Positions 15,580-31,161 of a DNA stretch of 64,000 bases are shown piece after piece. The DNA is taken from NCBI GenBank assembly GCA_013239625.1, contig MU054220.1:2169374-2233373 (forward strand), given 5' to 3'. Positions within the stretch are counted from its first letter, which is position 1. Each line of letters opens with the position of its first letter. Under the pieces are notes generated by a model. That model was given only the letters and a program-made list of their open reading frames with translations, made no database searches and had not been told where the DNA came from. A program made the position numbers and the translations under genes. The DNA is from Lama guanicoe. Taxonomy: Eukaryota.

Positions 15580-15670
<91 letters not shown>

Positions 15671-15810
15671 CTAGAAATGGAATTGCTGGGTCTTATGGTA
15701 ACTCCGTGTTTAACTTTTTGAGGAACTGCCAGACTGTTTTCAGAAACAGCTGCACCATTTTATATTTGCAGTGCAAGAGAGTTCCAATTTCTCTACTTCC
15801 TCTCCAGTGC
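15125..15810 (-). mobile_element. L1MB/MC-like 3' end
   Basis: Typical antisense L1 3' UTR/ORF2 end (ggaattgctgggtcttatggtaactc...tttttgaggaactgccagactgtttt). Confidence 0.8.
15584..15668 (+). repeat. Perfect (TG)~42 microsatellite
   Basis: Directly visible, 85 nt. Confidence 0.97.
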
Positions 15811-16337
15811 TTGTTGTTTAAATATTCTAACAGGACAAAGGGGATTATTTATGGGCAAAAGAGTCTGAAGTCCCATACCTCCGCCATCATTACATTAACT
15901 TTTCCATAATTTCTTCCATTCTTCCACTTAAAAATCTACAGTTTCTTTAAATCTCCCAAGTTCTGTTGGATGTGTATGTACATAAAGGCTGTAAATTTTT
16001 GTGGGCAACTCTATAGGAGCTCTGAGTTAGTGTGGTCACTTATTACATATTTTAGGATGTGTACTCAGTACTATATGCAAATAACCATAAGAGGAGGAAA
16101 ATATAGAAATATTTTTCAGTTCATATACTTTCCACGTAACAATGCTTGTTAATATTTTAAAACACTTGAGTGGTTTGGTTTTTTTCTCTCATAGTTTTCA
16201 GTTAGCTACTATATATAATAACAAAGGATTAAAAAGTATCTTCCTTCTTGGTTTAAAATTCTAGTTTTAGTTTGGTCAGAGTTAGCAGTCCCTAACTCTG
16301 TTACATCCTTAGGCTGCTATAAAAAATAAGGAAGTAA

Positions 16338-16631
<294 letters not shown>

Positions 16632-16987
16632 TAAAATTACTAGTTAAACTTTAGTTCTTTTCTTCATCATTTAAAATTGTGTTTGATGCTGTATTTTTAT
16701 TTTTACCTTTAGTAATACACTGTTGCCTAATAATTAAAATTGTCTTAGTCAAGAATATTCTAAGAATGAGAATAATTTTCTCTTAAGACATAATAATCCA
16801 AAGTGATCACTAATGAAGATTTGTAAACAGTCCAGGATGTTTTTAATACTACTGTCACTTAGTCATTTTCCTGCGTAAGTTAAATATTTCGTTCCTAAGG
16901 CATGCTTGCAGTTGTTTTAGCATCAGAAAAACCATGCCTAATCTACTTCTGCCTTAATGTCATGCTATATTTCTATGAGAAATATGA

Positions 16988-17140
<153 letters not shown>

Positions 17141-17561
17141 TAAGTCAGAAAGAAGTCAGAGTACATGTTTTGCTAGTGTCTCTAACTGGTGACTGTATTT
17201 GTTGTAGCTATCTCAGCTTATTTCTGAGAAGCCAGAACTGGCTTATCTAATTTATATAAAACAAAACCACTTTTGTTCCTCAAAAGCCTACATTGCTTTC
17301 TGCTCCTGCATTTTGACATCCACTAACATCAGAGTTCTCTTAAGTTATTTTTCCTCCAGTACTTACAACTGTCTCACAGAAAAGCCAATTCCAAGGATTT
17401 GTAGTCAAATATATTTGGAAATTAATACATAAAATGACATTTTTTTACAGATCTGTAGTGCACATTGGAAAATTAAATGCTCTCAGAAGTCCTGCAGTAG
17501 AAACACTTGTTTAACCCATTGTTTCCCAAAGTTAATATGCATTATTGAACACATTTGTTTA

Positions 17562-18598
17562 CGGTCAACTCCCTTCATCTGTGGTTTTGCCTTCCAAAGT
17601 TTCAGTACCTGTGATCAACTGCAGTCAAAACGCATTAAACGGAAAATTTCAGAAATAAACAGCTCATAAGTTTTAAATTGTGAGCCGTTCTGAGTAGCAT
17701 GAAATCTACTCTGTCCTGCTCGGAATATGAATCATCCCTTTGTCCACTGTTTCCTACCCATTAATCACTTAGTAGCTGTCTCAGTTATCATATCAACTCC
17801 TGCAGTACTGGAGTGCTCCTGTTCAAGGAACCCTTATTTTACTTAATAATGGCCCCAAAATGCAAGAGTAGTGATGCTGGCAATTTGGATATGCCAAAAA
17901 GAAGCTGTAAAGTACTTCCTTTGAGTGGAAAAGTCAGAGTTCTCAACTCAATAAAGAAAGAAAAAAATAGTAAGCTAAGGTTGCTAAGATCTACAGTAAG
18001 TATAAACTTTCTATCCATGAAATTGTGAAGGAAAAAAAATTCATGATAGTTTCACTGTTGCATCTCAAACTGCAAAAGTTAGAAGTGCTTAGTTAAGATG
18101 GAAAAGGCATTAAATTTGTGAATGGGAGACGTGAACAGAAAATATGTTCTGATTGATGGCAACGTGTTCCCCCTTTCAAAACATGGAGACTATTGAAGAC
18201 TTCAGTAGGGGGTCCCCTGAAATAAGTGACACCAAGCCATTTACTGTGAAAAAGGATGCTTTCACAGATTCAGAAATAGGTTTGGACTGAAAAATATAAA
18301 AATTACTGGAGAGGTGCATATGCCAGTGAAGAAGCCACTGCCACATTTCTGGTAGAGTTGAAGAAATTGAGAAAGACCACATTCATGTAACTTTTATTGC
18401 ACTATTTTCTAATTGTTCTATTCTGTTATTAGCTATTATTGTTAATCTCTTACTGTATCTAATTTATTAATCAAAGTTTATCAAATGGATGTATGTATAG
18501 GAAAAAATACCATATATATAGGATTCCATACTGTCCGTGGTTTTAGGTATCCACTGGGGGGTTTGGGATGTATCCCTTGAGGATAAGGGGGAGTACTG
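17562..18598 (+). mobile_element. Tigger7/MER44-like DNA transposon deletion derivative
   Basis: Starts ta|cggtcaactcccttcatctgtggtttt; ends ggataagggggagtactg|ta; internal transposase N-terminal remnant MAPKCKSSDAGNLDMPKRSCKVLPLS. Confidence 0.8.
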
Positions 18599-18631
18599 TA
18601 TTTTATTTAACAGAAGTTTATTGAGCTTACT

Positions 18632-18779
18632 GGGGAGGATATAGCTCAAGTGGTAGAGCACATGCTTAGCATGCCCAAGGTCCAGGGTTCAAACCCCAGT
18701 ACCTCCTCCAAATGTAAATAAATAAATAAACCTAGTTACCTCCCCCTCATAAAACAGAGAGGAAAAAAAGCAAAATGAC
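18632..18779 (+). mobile_element. tRNA-derived SINE (same family)
   Basis: A/B boxes; 18-bp TSD aagtttatWgagcttact. Confidence 0.85.
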
Positions 18780-18797
18780 AAGTTTATAGAGCTTACT

Positions 18798-19015
18798 TTA
18801 TGTCAGGCACTTTGTAAGTAATAATTCATTTGATTTACTCATGATAAAAAAAAAACGATGTGAGGTATTGTTCTCTCCTTTTATAGATGAGGAAGCTAGG
18901 GCACAGAAAGCTTAAGTGATCTGCCCAAGTCACAGCTAGAAAGTGGCAAAGCCAAGATTTGAATCCAGGCATTCTCGTTCCAAGAGACAATACTGTAACT
19001 GCTGTACTATGTTGC
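18798..19015 (-). mobile_element. MIR
   Basis: ttttatagatgaggaagct...gcacagaaagcttaagtgatctgcccaagtcacagctag core. Confidence 0.75.
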
Positions 19016-19284
19016 CTTTCTCTATGCCATGATGCTTTTCACAACAAGCCTGTTAATAGACCACTTGCAAAACAGTGTTCTGAGTTCTACTAAATGATGG
19101 TGTACTACTTTAAAAGTTATCATTTAAGTATCACTCAAGCACAGAATTGTTTGTTTTGTCAGTATCTGTGGTGTCCTCCTATAGTTGAGCATATTGTTAT
19201 AATCCCTTCTTAATTGTTTAATTTAATCTCTTGGCATGACAGGAAAGCCATGTGAATTTTCCTCTTTCTAATTCATCTGTGATC

Positions 19285-20285
19285 TTTCATTTATTCAACA
19301 ACTACATATTGAGCATCTGTGATGTCCCAGTCATTTGTTCCAGGCCCTTGGGAATATATCATGGACAAGATCAGATTCCTGCTTTCATAGGACCTATATT
19401 TGAGTAAGGAGAGATGACAATAAACAGTAACAAAAAAAATACATCAGGAAGTATAAGAACAACAGGGTAAAAATAAAGCAAATAAAGAGTTAGGTGGTAT
19501 CACCTTGGAGTGTTTCAGGTAGTGTTATTTTCTATAGGGTAGACAGGAATCTTTCCTGAAACAGTGACTTTGGAGCAGAGACCTTTAGGACATGAGGGAG
19601 CTAGCTATGACAATCTGGAAGAAAAACCATTCTAGACCAAGGAAACAGCAAGTGCAGAAGCCCTGTGGTAGGAGCACATGTGACATTTAAAAATAACAAG
19701 GAGTAATTGTTCTGAATGCAGCTAGAGTGGAATGAGTGAGGGGGTAGGGAGTGGTGGGAGATAAGACTGAAGAAAGAACAAGGGGCCAGGTCATGTAGAG
19801 CCTCAAAGTTTTGAATAAATTGGAAACCATTACAAAGTTTTGAGCAGAAGAGTAACAGGATTATTCAGAATATAGTCAGAGGACAGACAGTAAGGATTAA
19901 GGGCAGAAACAGGGAGACTAATTAGTAGGCTGGTGAAATAATCCTGTCCAGTAATTATAGTGGCTTGGAAGTATTATGACTCAGAATATATTTTGAGAGT
20001 AAAACTAAACAGGATATTGGGTATGAAGGAGAGGGGAGTCAAGAATGGCCTGAGAGACTGGAAGAATGAAGTGGCTATTTACTGGGATAAGGAAGACTGT
20101 GGAAAGAACAGGTTTTGGGGTTGAGATGTAGACCATCAGGAGTTTGGTTTTGACAGATGTAGCACATCTACTAGACATAAAAATAGAAATGTCACAAAAG
20201 CAGCTGGATATATGAATCTGAAGTTCAGAAGAGAGATCAACACTGGATTTAGGAGTAATTAGCATATAGATAGTATTTAAAGCTT
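19285..20285 (-). mobile_element. L2 fragment
   Basis: Begins ttcatttattcaacaactacatattgagca (antisense L2 3' end); purine-rich L2 body follows. Confidence 0.7.
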
Positions 20286-20427
20286 ACTTTGAGTGTAGAA
20301 ACAGAATAGGTGAGACTTGGGACATACACAGAAGGAGCCAGTTCCAGAGTCTGTGTTTATAAAACTCCATTGAGTATTTTGAGGTTTTCATTTGTTTGTT
20401 TTTAATTCTAAATGTTGTTTCTTCTAG

Positions 20428-20485
20428 ATTGAATGTGAAAGCTTTCATTAGCAATGTGAAGACAGCTCTTGCTGCAACAAACCCA
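20428..20485 (+). CDS. CKAP5: CKAP5 exon (GLNVKAFISN...AATNP)
   Basis: tctag|att ... cca|gtgagt; 58 nt restores phase 0. Confidence 0.93.
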
Positions 20486-20543
20486 GTGAGTACATACCAG
20501 CATATATAGGTACAATACAGCCATCTTTGTGGTTCTGTTCTGA

Positions 20544-20711
<168 letters not shown>

Positions 20712-21309
20712 TGATACAATCCATGGTGAACTTGTGAATGCTCATATAAGTTAAGTTTAAACTTTTAACTCTTTGGAATGAAGAATATGTGTGTATATGC
20801 TTTTATATGTATAAAGTACCCCTGAGAAGAGTTCTTAAGAAGTTGATGACTTTGTGACAAAGAGAACTGGTTAGACTTAGTATAGGATGGAACGTTTTCC
20901 CCTGTGTATCCTTTGTGGCTTTGGAATATGAAACATTTTATATGTATTACTTTTTCAAAAAGCACACTAAATATAACAATAAAAATTATTTTAAATAAAA
21001 AAGAAACTTGACCTTCCTTGAGTAAACTTTTCAGTTGAAATTCTAAGTTTTGGCAGACTTGCTCTGTATTGTCTTGGGCTTACAAGTCAAAAGACAGTTT
21101 TATGATTGAAAAGTCAGATTCTAATAGGTTTGTATAAAAATACCTTTTGTCACATAGTCTCAAAATTGGAATCTAGGAATTCAAATATGTGCTGTGTGAA
21201 TTAAGTATTGTGAAGGAATATGAAAGTTTGACATGGGCACCATTCTCTGCTTGTTTGCTCTCATATTCTTCATCAAGTTCGTTAGCCTTACTGACTTACT
21301 TGTGTGTAG

Positions 21310-21450
<141 letters not shown>

Positions 21451-21536
21451 TAGATTTGTTGCTAATGATTTATTTGGTGTATTATGCTGAATTCTTAATG
21501 GTGCCTTCTGTTTCTCAGTAAAGGATACTTCTATGA

Positions 21537-21878
<342 letters not shown>

Positions 21879-22317
21879 TAGAAATAGTTTCCTTTAATTT
21901 CTTCAATGTGCCTCAAGGTGTGTTGGTAGATGCCAGGTTTATTAATCAAATTTTGATGAATCTCAGATTTGCTTTTTACAGGACTCTGATATTAAATATT
22001 TTTATATAAATACCACTTGTCATACACATAAGCTTAATTTTGAATTTTCAAATTTGGAATTTTATGTCAGAATTTTCTTAAACTAGGTTTTACCTTACTT
22101 TAAAATTTTAAAGCAGTAAAATTTCTGGTCTGAAATTCGAGTACTCCAGCTTTATGAACTGATGATAAAAGAGGAGGCCACCACTTAAAAAGTATTCATA
22201 AGCTGCTTAGAATCATAACAAGCTGATTTCCCTGTTTCTTAAGTAGTCCAGAAACTTCCTACTGCATTGACCACATAGCAGCAAACTTGCAAACCTTTGA
22301 ACACAGCTTGCTTATGA

Positions 22318-22524
<207 letters not shown>

Positions 22525-22697
22525 TAACAGTAGTTCTCTTCTTAAAAGTCAAGTATGCATGTACACAGCTTATAAACTCTGGAAAGAAGAGAACATTAGG
22601 AGGAAAGTACTAAACATTTTTACCTCCCAGGCAGTATTGAGGTGACCAGATATCTCACTTACTAGCTTTATGACCCTTAGATAAGTTATTTATCATC

Positions 22698-22978
22698 TTT
22701 TTCTTTTTAACTTTTTTTTTTAAGGTAAATGAATCCACTTTTTATTTCTTTTTTTTTTTTTAACATTTTTTTATTGAGTTACAGTCATTTTACAATGTGT
22801 CAAATTTCAGTGTAGAGCACAATTTTTCATTTACACATGAACATATACATATTCATTGTCACATTTTTTTTTGCTGTGAACTACAAGATCTTGTATATAT
22901 TTCCCTGTCCTATACAGTATAATCTTGTTTATCTGTTCTACATTTTGAAATCCCAGTCTGTCCCTTCCCACCCCCCGT
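22698..22978 (-). mobile_element. Young 5'-truncated L1 3' end with two poly(A) tracts, inserted in a MIR
   Basis: Perfect 18-bp TSD gataagttatttatcatc (22680-97, 22979-96). Confidence 0.8.
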
Positions 22979-23796
22979 GATAAGTTATTTATCATCATTG
23001 AGGTTCATTTTCTTTATCCATGAAATTTAATTCTAACAATTAAATGAGAATCTGTACATACAGTACTTATACCTGTTTCATATAATATGCACTCAAAAAA
23101 ATGGTTGCTATTATGATTATGATATCATTGTTAAAAGTATTGGTATAAAGACAATAAATATGTGAATTTTGGGATCATGTATTTATTGCCTGCCTTTTTT
23201 CCCTGAACTACTAGAGCAGGGCCTCCCAGTACTTCAGTAAGATAGTTATAGCTTCACAGTCTAGAATTTGTCTCATTGAAAGTTGCAAGCCTCTTCTACT
23301 TATCCCTAGATTGAATATTTGAGTGAATCTTTATTTTTGTGTGGTTCATTTAATTAGAGGAATTGAGCTATTTTAGTATTTTTCATGTCGATAAGTCCTC
23401 ATTCTATGAGTACAAATTAATATAAAACGTAAGTGTTCAATGAAGTTGTTAATAATTTCTGTCTAACCACTATGAGTTCTCCAACATGTAGAATTACATT
23501 CTTTAGCAGATAACCATGGACATAAGAGTCCCTAGAGAGTCAGGAAACGAAACCTAAGCAGTTAATCCTCTAACATGGCATTTTATGCCCAGGTCACTGT
23601 TTTGCCTAATTAACTAAGTATAGGACCTTTACAGTTTGTAGTTTCTACTTTGGAGTTTTAATACAACCATAGGGCCACATGCTGTTTCAAAGGAGATGAA
23701 GTATGTTCCAAGTATGTTCATGTGGGCCTTAGAGAAACCTCCATTGTTTATGTTCACAAAGTAACAGGCTTTTCACTCTCTACCTGCAAATCATAG

Positions 23797-24039
<243 letters not shown>

Positions 24040-24239
24040 TAAATGAATAGAATGAGTTCCATCATAAAACAGCTAATAAAATGAAACCACATCCCTTGAG
24101 CTTTTTTATTCATTTACTTGTTTTTCTTTTCATTTGCCTTTTTAACAATAAAACTTTTTAAAGGACTAGCCTTTTGTGAAATTTTCTCTTTTCTTGAACT
24201 CTTAAATGGTAAAATAAGACGTTTTAATCGCAACATAAA

Positions 24240-26790
24240 AATTGAGTTCAACATTCAAAACTCTATTAATGTAATCCATCATACCAACAGGCCAAAGAAG
24301 TCATAAAATCGTATCAGTTGACACACACACACAAAAAAGATTTGAGAAAATTTAACACCTATTCATGATTTAAAACTCAGCATAGTAATAGAAGAGAATT
24401 ACCTCAAGTTGATAAAAAAAAATCTGCAAAAAACCTCTATAGATGATAATATACTTAATGGTGAAAGACTGGCTGCTTCCCCCTAAGATCAGGAACAAAG
24501 CAAGAATGTCCACTTTCACTACTGTTACTCAGCATAGTACTAGAAGTTCTAGTCACTGCAATAAGGCAAGAAAAAGAAATGAAGGGCATACAAATTGGAA
24601 AAAGAACAAATAAAACTATTCCTAATTACAGATAACATAACTATCTACATAGAAAACCCTGGGAAATCTATAGGTAAACTCCTAGAACTAACAAATGAGT
24701 TCAGTGAGATTTTACAGGATGTAATATAAATATACAAAAGTCAATCACTTTTTTTATAATACATTGAACATGTGGAAACCAAAGTTATAAACACAGTGCC
24801 ATTTACAGTTGCTCCAAAGAAAGTGAAATCCTTAGATATACACTTAACAAAACAAATAAAAAGTAAGTATACTGACAACTACAGAATACTGATGAAGAGT
24901 CCAAGGAAGACCCAAATAGACGTAGAGACATGCCATGTTTGTCGATTGGAAGACTCAACATAGTAGAGATATTTGTTCTATATATTTAATGTATACATAA
25001 TTGATCTATGCATTTAATGTAATTCCTGTCAAATTCTGGCAAGTTTTTTTTTTAAGACAAAGTCAAGGTTATTCTGAAATTTATATTTCAGCTAAAACAA
25101 TCTTGACAAAGAAAAAATAGGGGAAAAAGTCACTATTATATATATATTAAGGCTTACTAAATTACTAAAGTAATCAAGACACTGTGATGATGGGGGAATG
25201 GGAAGGGGAAGATAGAGACAGATCAGTGGAACTGAAGAGGGAACCCAGAAATAGACCTACAGAAATGTGAGCAACTAATTTTTGACAGTTACCTAAGTAA
25301 TTCAGTGAAGGAAGTGTGGCCTTTTCAGCAAATGATGCTGGAGCAATTGACATCCATAGACAAAAAAATAAACCCTGACCTAAACCTTACATCTTACCAA
25401 AATTAACTCAAAATGTATCATGAGCTTAAACGTTGAACATAAAACTGTAGGACTTTTAAAAGTAATGTAGGAGAAATACATATTCTTCAGGATATAGAAA
25501 TTCTTAAGGCAAAGAATTCTTAGACTTGACACCAAAACCACAATTCATCAAAGGAAAAATTAATAAATTAGACCTCATCAAAATTAAGAACTGTTACCTG
25601 CAAAAGACCATGTGAAGATGGAAAGATAAACTACAGAATGGGATAAAATATTTGCAAACTCTATATCCAATAAAAGACTATTATCTAGAATATCTATATA
25701 TATATATAGATAGATATATAGATAGGTCTCTCAAAAGTCAATAGTATAAAAAAATCTAATTATAAAACTGGCAGAGGACATCAACAGACACTTCTCTGAA
25801 GAAGATATACAGATGGCAAATAAACCTATGAAAGATGTTCAACATTATTGGCCATCAAGGAAATGCAAATAAAAAAAAAGGAAATGCAAATAAAAGTACA
25901 ATGAGATATCACAAACAGTTATCAGAATTACTAAAATAAAAAGTAGTGATAACACTGAATGCTGGCAAGGATATCCTTGGAGAAACTTGAACACTCTCCT
26001 GGTGGAAATATAAAATGGTTTAACCACTCTAGAAAACAATTTGGCAGTTCTTATAAAACTAAACATGTAGTTACTGTATGACCCAACAAATCTTGGACAT
26101 TTATTCTGGAAAAATGAAAATATGTTTGCACAAAAGCTTATGTACAATTGTTCATAGCAACTGATTCATAATAGCCCAAATCTGGAAACAGCCCAGATAT
26201 CTTTCAACAGGTGAATGTTGTAACAAACTATTGTATATCCATATTTGTAATACTATTTAGCAATAAAAGAAAGAAATCACTGATGCATGCAACAAGTTAG
26301 ATAAATCTCCAAGGAATTATACTGAGTGACAAAAGCCAATCCTAAACAGTTACATACTATATGATCCCACTTATATAACTTTGAAATCTCATATTTTACA
26401 AATGGATAACAGATTAGTGGTTACCAGGGATTTAGGTGAGGAGGGAGGGGTAGGAGGGATGGGGGTGTGGTTGTAAAAGAGGCAACACCTAGGATCCTTG
26501 GGATGGAACTGTTCAAAATTTTGACTGTGGTAGTGGATATATTAACACACACAAAATTGTAGAGAACTAAATACATACACGTACACAAATGAGAAAAAGT
26601 CAAACTGGGGCAATCTGAGTATGATCAGTGGATTGTGTATCAATGTCAATATCCTGGTTGTGATCTTTATTATGGTTTCATGAAGTGCTACTATTGGCAG
26701 AAATGTGGTAGAGAGTGCATGGGATCTCTGTATTATTTCTTATAAACTACATGTGAATCTACAATCCTCTCAATATTTCAATTTAAAAAT
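24240..26790 (+). mobile_element. L1 (L1MC-like) ORF2 remnant and 3' UTR
   Basis: agatcaggaacaaagcaagaatgtccact, gattggaagactcaacat, gaagatatacagatggcaaataa; frames disrupted. Confidence 0.85.
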
Positions 26791-27023
26791 AAATACAAAT
26801 ACAAATTATTTTAAAGGCATAGGGGAAAAAAACTATGTGAGACAGAAAACAGAAGTCCTAGTAGTACTTGTCACTTCTGATCAAATATTTTGCATCTTTA
26901 GCTGAATAGTTCTTAGAATTAAAAAAAAATAAATAAGTGAAAGTTTTTCATTGTTAAAATGCATTAATAATTATTGAAGCTTTATAACTTAATGCTCAAA
27001 TACGGTCCAAAAAACTACGTCCT

Positions 27024-27170
27024 CAGAGGAGGGTATAGCTCAATGGTAGAGTCCCTGCCTAGCATGCACGATGTCTTGAGTTGGATCCCCATTACCTCCA
27101 TCAAAAAATAAATAAATAAACCTAATCACCTTCCCCCAGCAAAATTAAGTAAAAAAACAAACAAACAAAC
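27024..27170 (+). mobile_element. tRNA-derived SINE (same family)
   Basis: A/B boxes; TSD aaaactaYgtcct. Confidence 0.85.
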
Positions 27171-27325
27171 AAAACTATGTCCTTATCTTAGATGATTGGC
27201 ATCATTGCATATTCATTATTTCATTAAACAATGGAAATGACTGATTTCATATTGGAAAGTTGTAGTGTAAGAACTAATTCAGTGTTTGGGACTGATGAAA
27301 TCATTAGGTCTAAGATCATAAATAA

Positions 27326-27604
<279 letters not shown>

Positions 27605-27944
27605 TAGGAAAATATTGACATGAGTTTATATAGGCAGAAGATCACATTACCTCCTATGAGTCTCAACTTGAAATCCCAATGAAAGCAGAAATAAAATACT
27701 TAGTAGTGTAGAACTTCCAAAGAATCTGCTGCCTCTGCAGGGGTGAGAATTGTGACCTTCTAGAATGGCAGCTAATTTAGTGTGACTTCATAATGTGTGT
27801 GAACTTCTCTTGGATTATGTGCTGCCTCCCTTCATTGGTATTTCAAAACAAGGAGCTCAAGAATTTGACAGCACATCTGTTAGTAAGCATAGTATGAATA
27901 TATCATTTATGTGGCCTCTCATCTCTGTTGTATTGTCTCCCTAG

Positions 27945-28133
<189 letters not shown>

Positions 28134-29182
28134 TAAAAGAGTCTTCATTCAGTCTTCATTTTTTATCACATTTCCTATGGCTTAGATTCCAAGCCCTCCC
28201 TCCGTCTCCTCACCCATGCTTTCACGAACAGTTAAGTACCTGTTTTATGTCAGAAACTGTACTGAGAGTTCAAAAGATGATTAATTTAAAAGTTTCCAAC
28301 TCCAAAAAGGAGTTTTGGAGTAGCACATTGAAATACTCCAGAAAGCAAGTGTTCCATCTCATTTTTAAGGTTTCTGCAACTATTTTCTGCTATTGGATAT
28401 TAATAGTTAGAAGGGGAATTGGAACCATCTAGCTTAATCCCCTTTATTCACAGATGAGGAACACCAAAGATTAGGTGACTTGCAAGGCCAAACAGCCAGC
28501 CAGTGCCTGAATCAGCAGAGAACTCTGCTTGCTCATTCATGAATGAGTTCTCCATTCCCTATGCTTGGCAGTTTGCTGATCCATTCTAATATTTACTAAA
28601 CTTTTTTAAGGGAAAATTCTTGATTTCTTCATCCTGATGTTAAAATTCCATAATGTATAAATAGAACACTAACCTGTAAATTCTGCTCTTCTAGACTTAT
28701 TGCTTAAACAAAATAATAGTATTCTATTTAGTTGGATAGAAATTACTGATGTTACAAAAGTTGGAAATTTTACATGTGTAAAATTGTTGGTATCAAAGTG
28801 TATATATTCAGTTATTACATTTGTTGGAATCTTGCTATTTGTATATATACTTTGGTATCAAAGGTGACAGGCCCTACCCTTAAGGAAGTATCAATCTAGC
28901 AAAAAGGGTTTTTTAACTGCCATTTAGGGAATAGTTTTTAAACTGCAGTTTAAATGATTGATAAAGGAAATGTCAATTTTCTGAATTAACTTCATGAAAT
29001 TGTACTTAAAGAGGAAATCAGTGAGAAAAAAATTAGGAAAAAAACCTAACTGAAAACACTTTAAAAATGGATATATTTAAAACTGCAGGCTTTCTCACCA
29101 TCATGATATACTTAACCTGCCCAAAATATAGGGATATTAGTTAGAGTTTGTATTTATAGTCCATGCTTTTATTTTCTCAAAG

Positions 29183-29271
29183 CACCTGTTGAAGATTCTG
29201 TTTCTGGCGCTGTAGAACCCAAGCCTGATCCAAAAAAAGCCAAAGCTCTAGGAGTTTCCTCTAAAACAAAG
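29183..29271 (+). CDS. CKAP5: CKAP5 exon (APVEDSVSGA...VSSKTK)
   Basis: caaag|cac ... aag|gtatgt; 89 nt. Confidence 0.93.
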
Positions 29272-31023
29272 GTATGTTAACTCTGCACCTTAGATGTAGA
29301 ATTGCTTCTAAGTGTGTTTTATACACTGAGTCATTCTTTTAAGGATCATTTTACATAGGTGAGATCATTACTACTCTTGACATTAGCCAATTATAAAGTA
29401 TTTATTCAAGTTTCTGTGGCTTACTTTTAATGAGGCCTCAAAACAAAGACATCCTATTCTCAGGATGTGCTGCCATGGTTTCTGTCATGCAGATCTTTGG
29501 GGAAGATTTTCAGTAGTAAGCAACTTCCTTCAAATTTGGCAGCTAAGTCATCATACTAAAAGGTATTCTGATTAGACTCAAGCAAAATACCTTCTTTCTC
29601 CAACACCAATGGGATTTGATGCATCACCAATCCTTTCAGCATTCATGCAGAGTTCAACAGTTTAAAGAAGTGTTTTCAAATGCTCAGCCTTAAATATCCC
29701 CTGGCTATTTTTTCATTGAATCATGTTTTTGAATTACAGCAAATTGTCATCAGTTTCTATATCAAGATTCAGAGCTTGTCACTGTATTCAGAGTATTCAC
29801 TATTTAATACAAAAGGAAAATTGCAGAACTATGCAGTCAATAGTAAATCTAACAGTAAATGTAAATAGAGAAAACTATTTCATTAACTGCATGTCACTGA
29901 TGAAAATATATCAGAGGAGGAACTGTTTTGTTACCTAGTACATTTATTATTACATCCCAATTTTAAAAGGGGCAGTCTATGGCTATTCTTCTAAATAATA
30001 CTCATTTGCCTTCCCTATACTTGGGTCCTTCAATTCATTGAGTTAACTTAATTGGGTAGTTATCTTCTGAACTATCCAACGAAGCTTTTCCTGTCCTATT
30101 CTTTTCCTGTCCTCCTCCCTGTCCCCATCCCAAATTTAACAAGTGCTTATTTTAGTATTTTGATCACAAGTGCTTTGAAGTATTTTTGACTCTGTTCTTA
30201 ATGCCATTTTTTCCCAGCCTCTTGCAGTTGACAAAGCAGTTTCTCATAAATGATCTCATATTTGTTTTGACTGAATGACTTCAGTGTTTGAACTAGAAAG
30301 AAATACTGGCCTACTAGAAATAGCAGACTTTTGCTGCATTTGTAATAATAATGATTCCAGTAATGAAATTCAAATTTTACCTTAAATGCATATACTATGT
30401 GTTTATAGTTTCTTTTCATCTGATACAAAGATTCTAAATCTTGGATTATTTTTAAAAACCACTTTGATAACAAGTATTTAAAATATTTCTAGCAATTTGC
30501 TCTATAAACAGGTTCAAAGTGTATCCTGTTATAGTGATGTGATAGAGATACATTTTATATGGAGAGAAACAGAAAAGCTTTCTCAACTAAGTGATGTGAA
30601 ATGTGTGAATGACATTCAAAATGTCATTAATTTGGAAAACTATAAACAGTGTTGAAGATTTCAAGAAAGAAAAGAACTACCTATTATATGTCAATTATAT
30701 CTCAATAATTTTTTAAAGAACTACCCAATAAAAATAGTTTGTGACCCAGACCAGTGATAGATAATAGTGGCTTTTCCAGCTACATCACATGCCAGTGCAA
30801 GGACCAAGCACCAGTTACTTAAGAATGCTTTTAGAAGCAGTTCTAGAAAAGCTGTACAAGAACATATCATATGCAAGATTCTGTGGCTCATTTGTTTCTT
30901 TCATGTGGAATATGATGTAGAGAGTTGTCTCTGGTTTATAGAGTGCCCTTTTACTGGGCAGTAACAGCAAATGCCCAAGGAGAAGTAGTCAGCTAATCAG
31001 TATTCCCTGCACCTTGATTGTAG

Positions 31024-31161
<138 letters not shown>

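Noticed and set aside
15512..15909. Cys-Val repeat ORFs
   Set aside because: Translation artefacts of the (TG)n microsatellite
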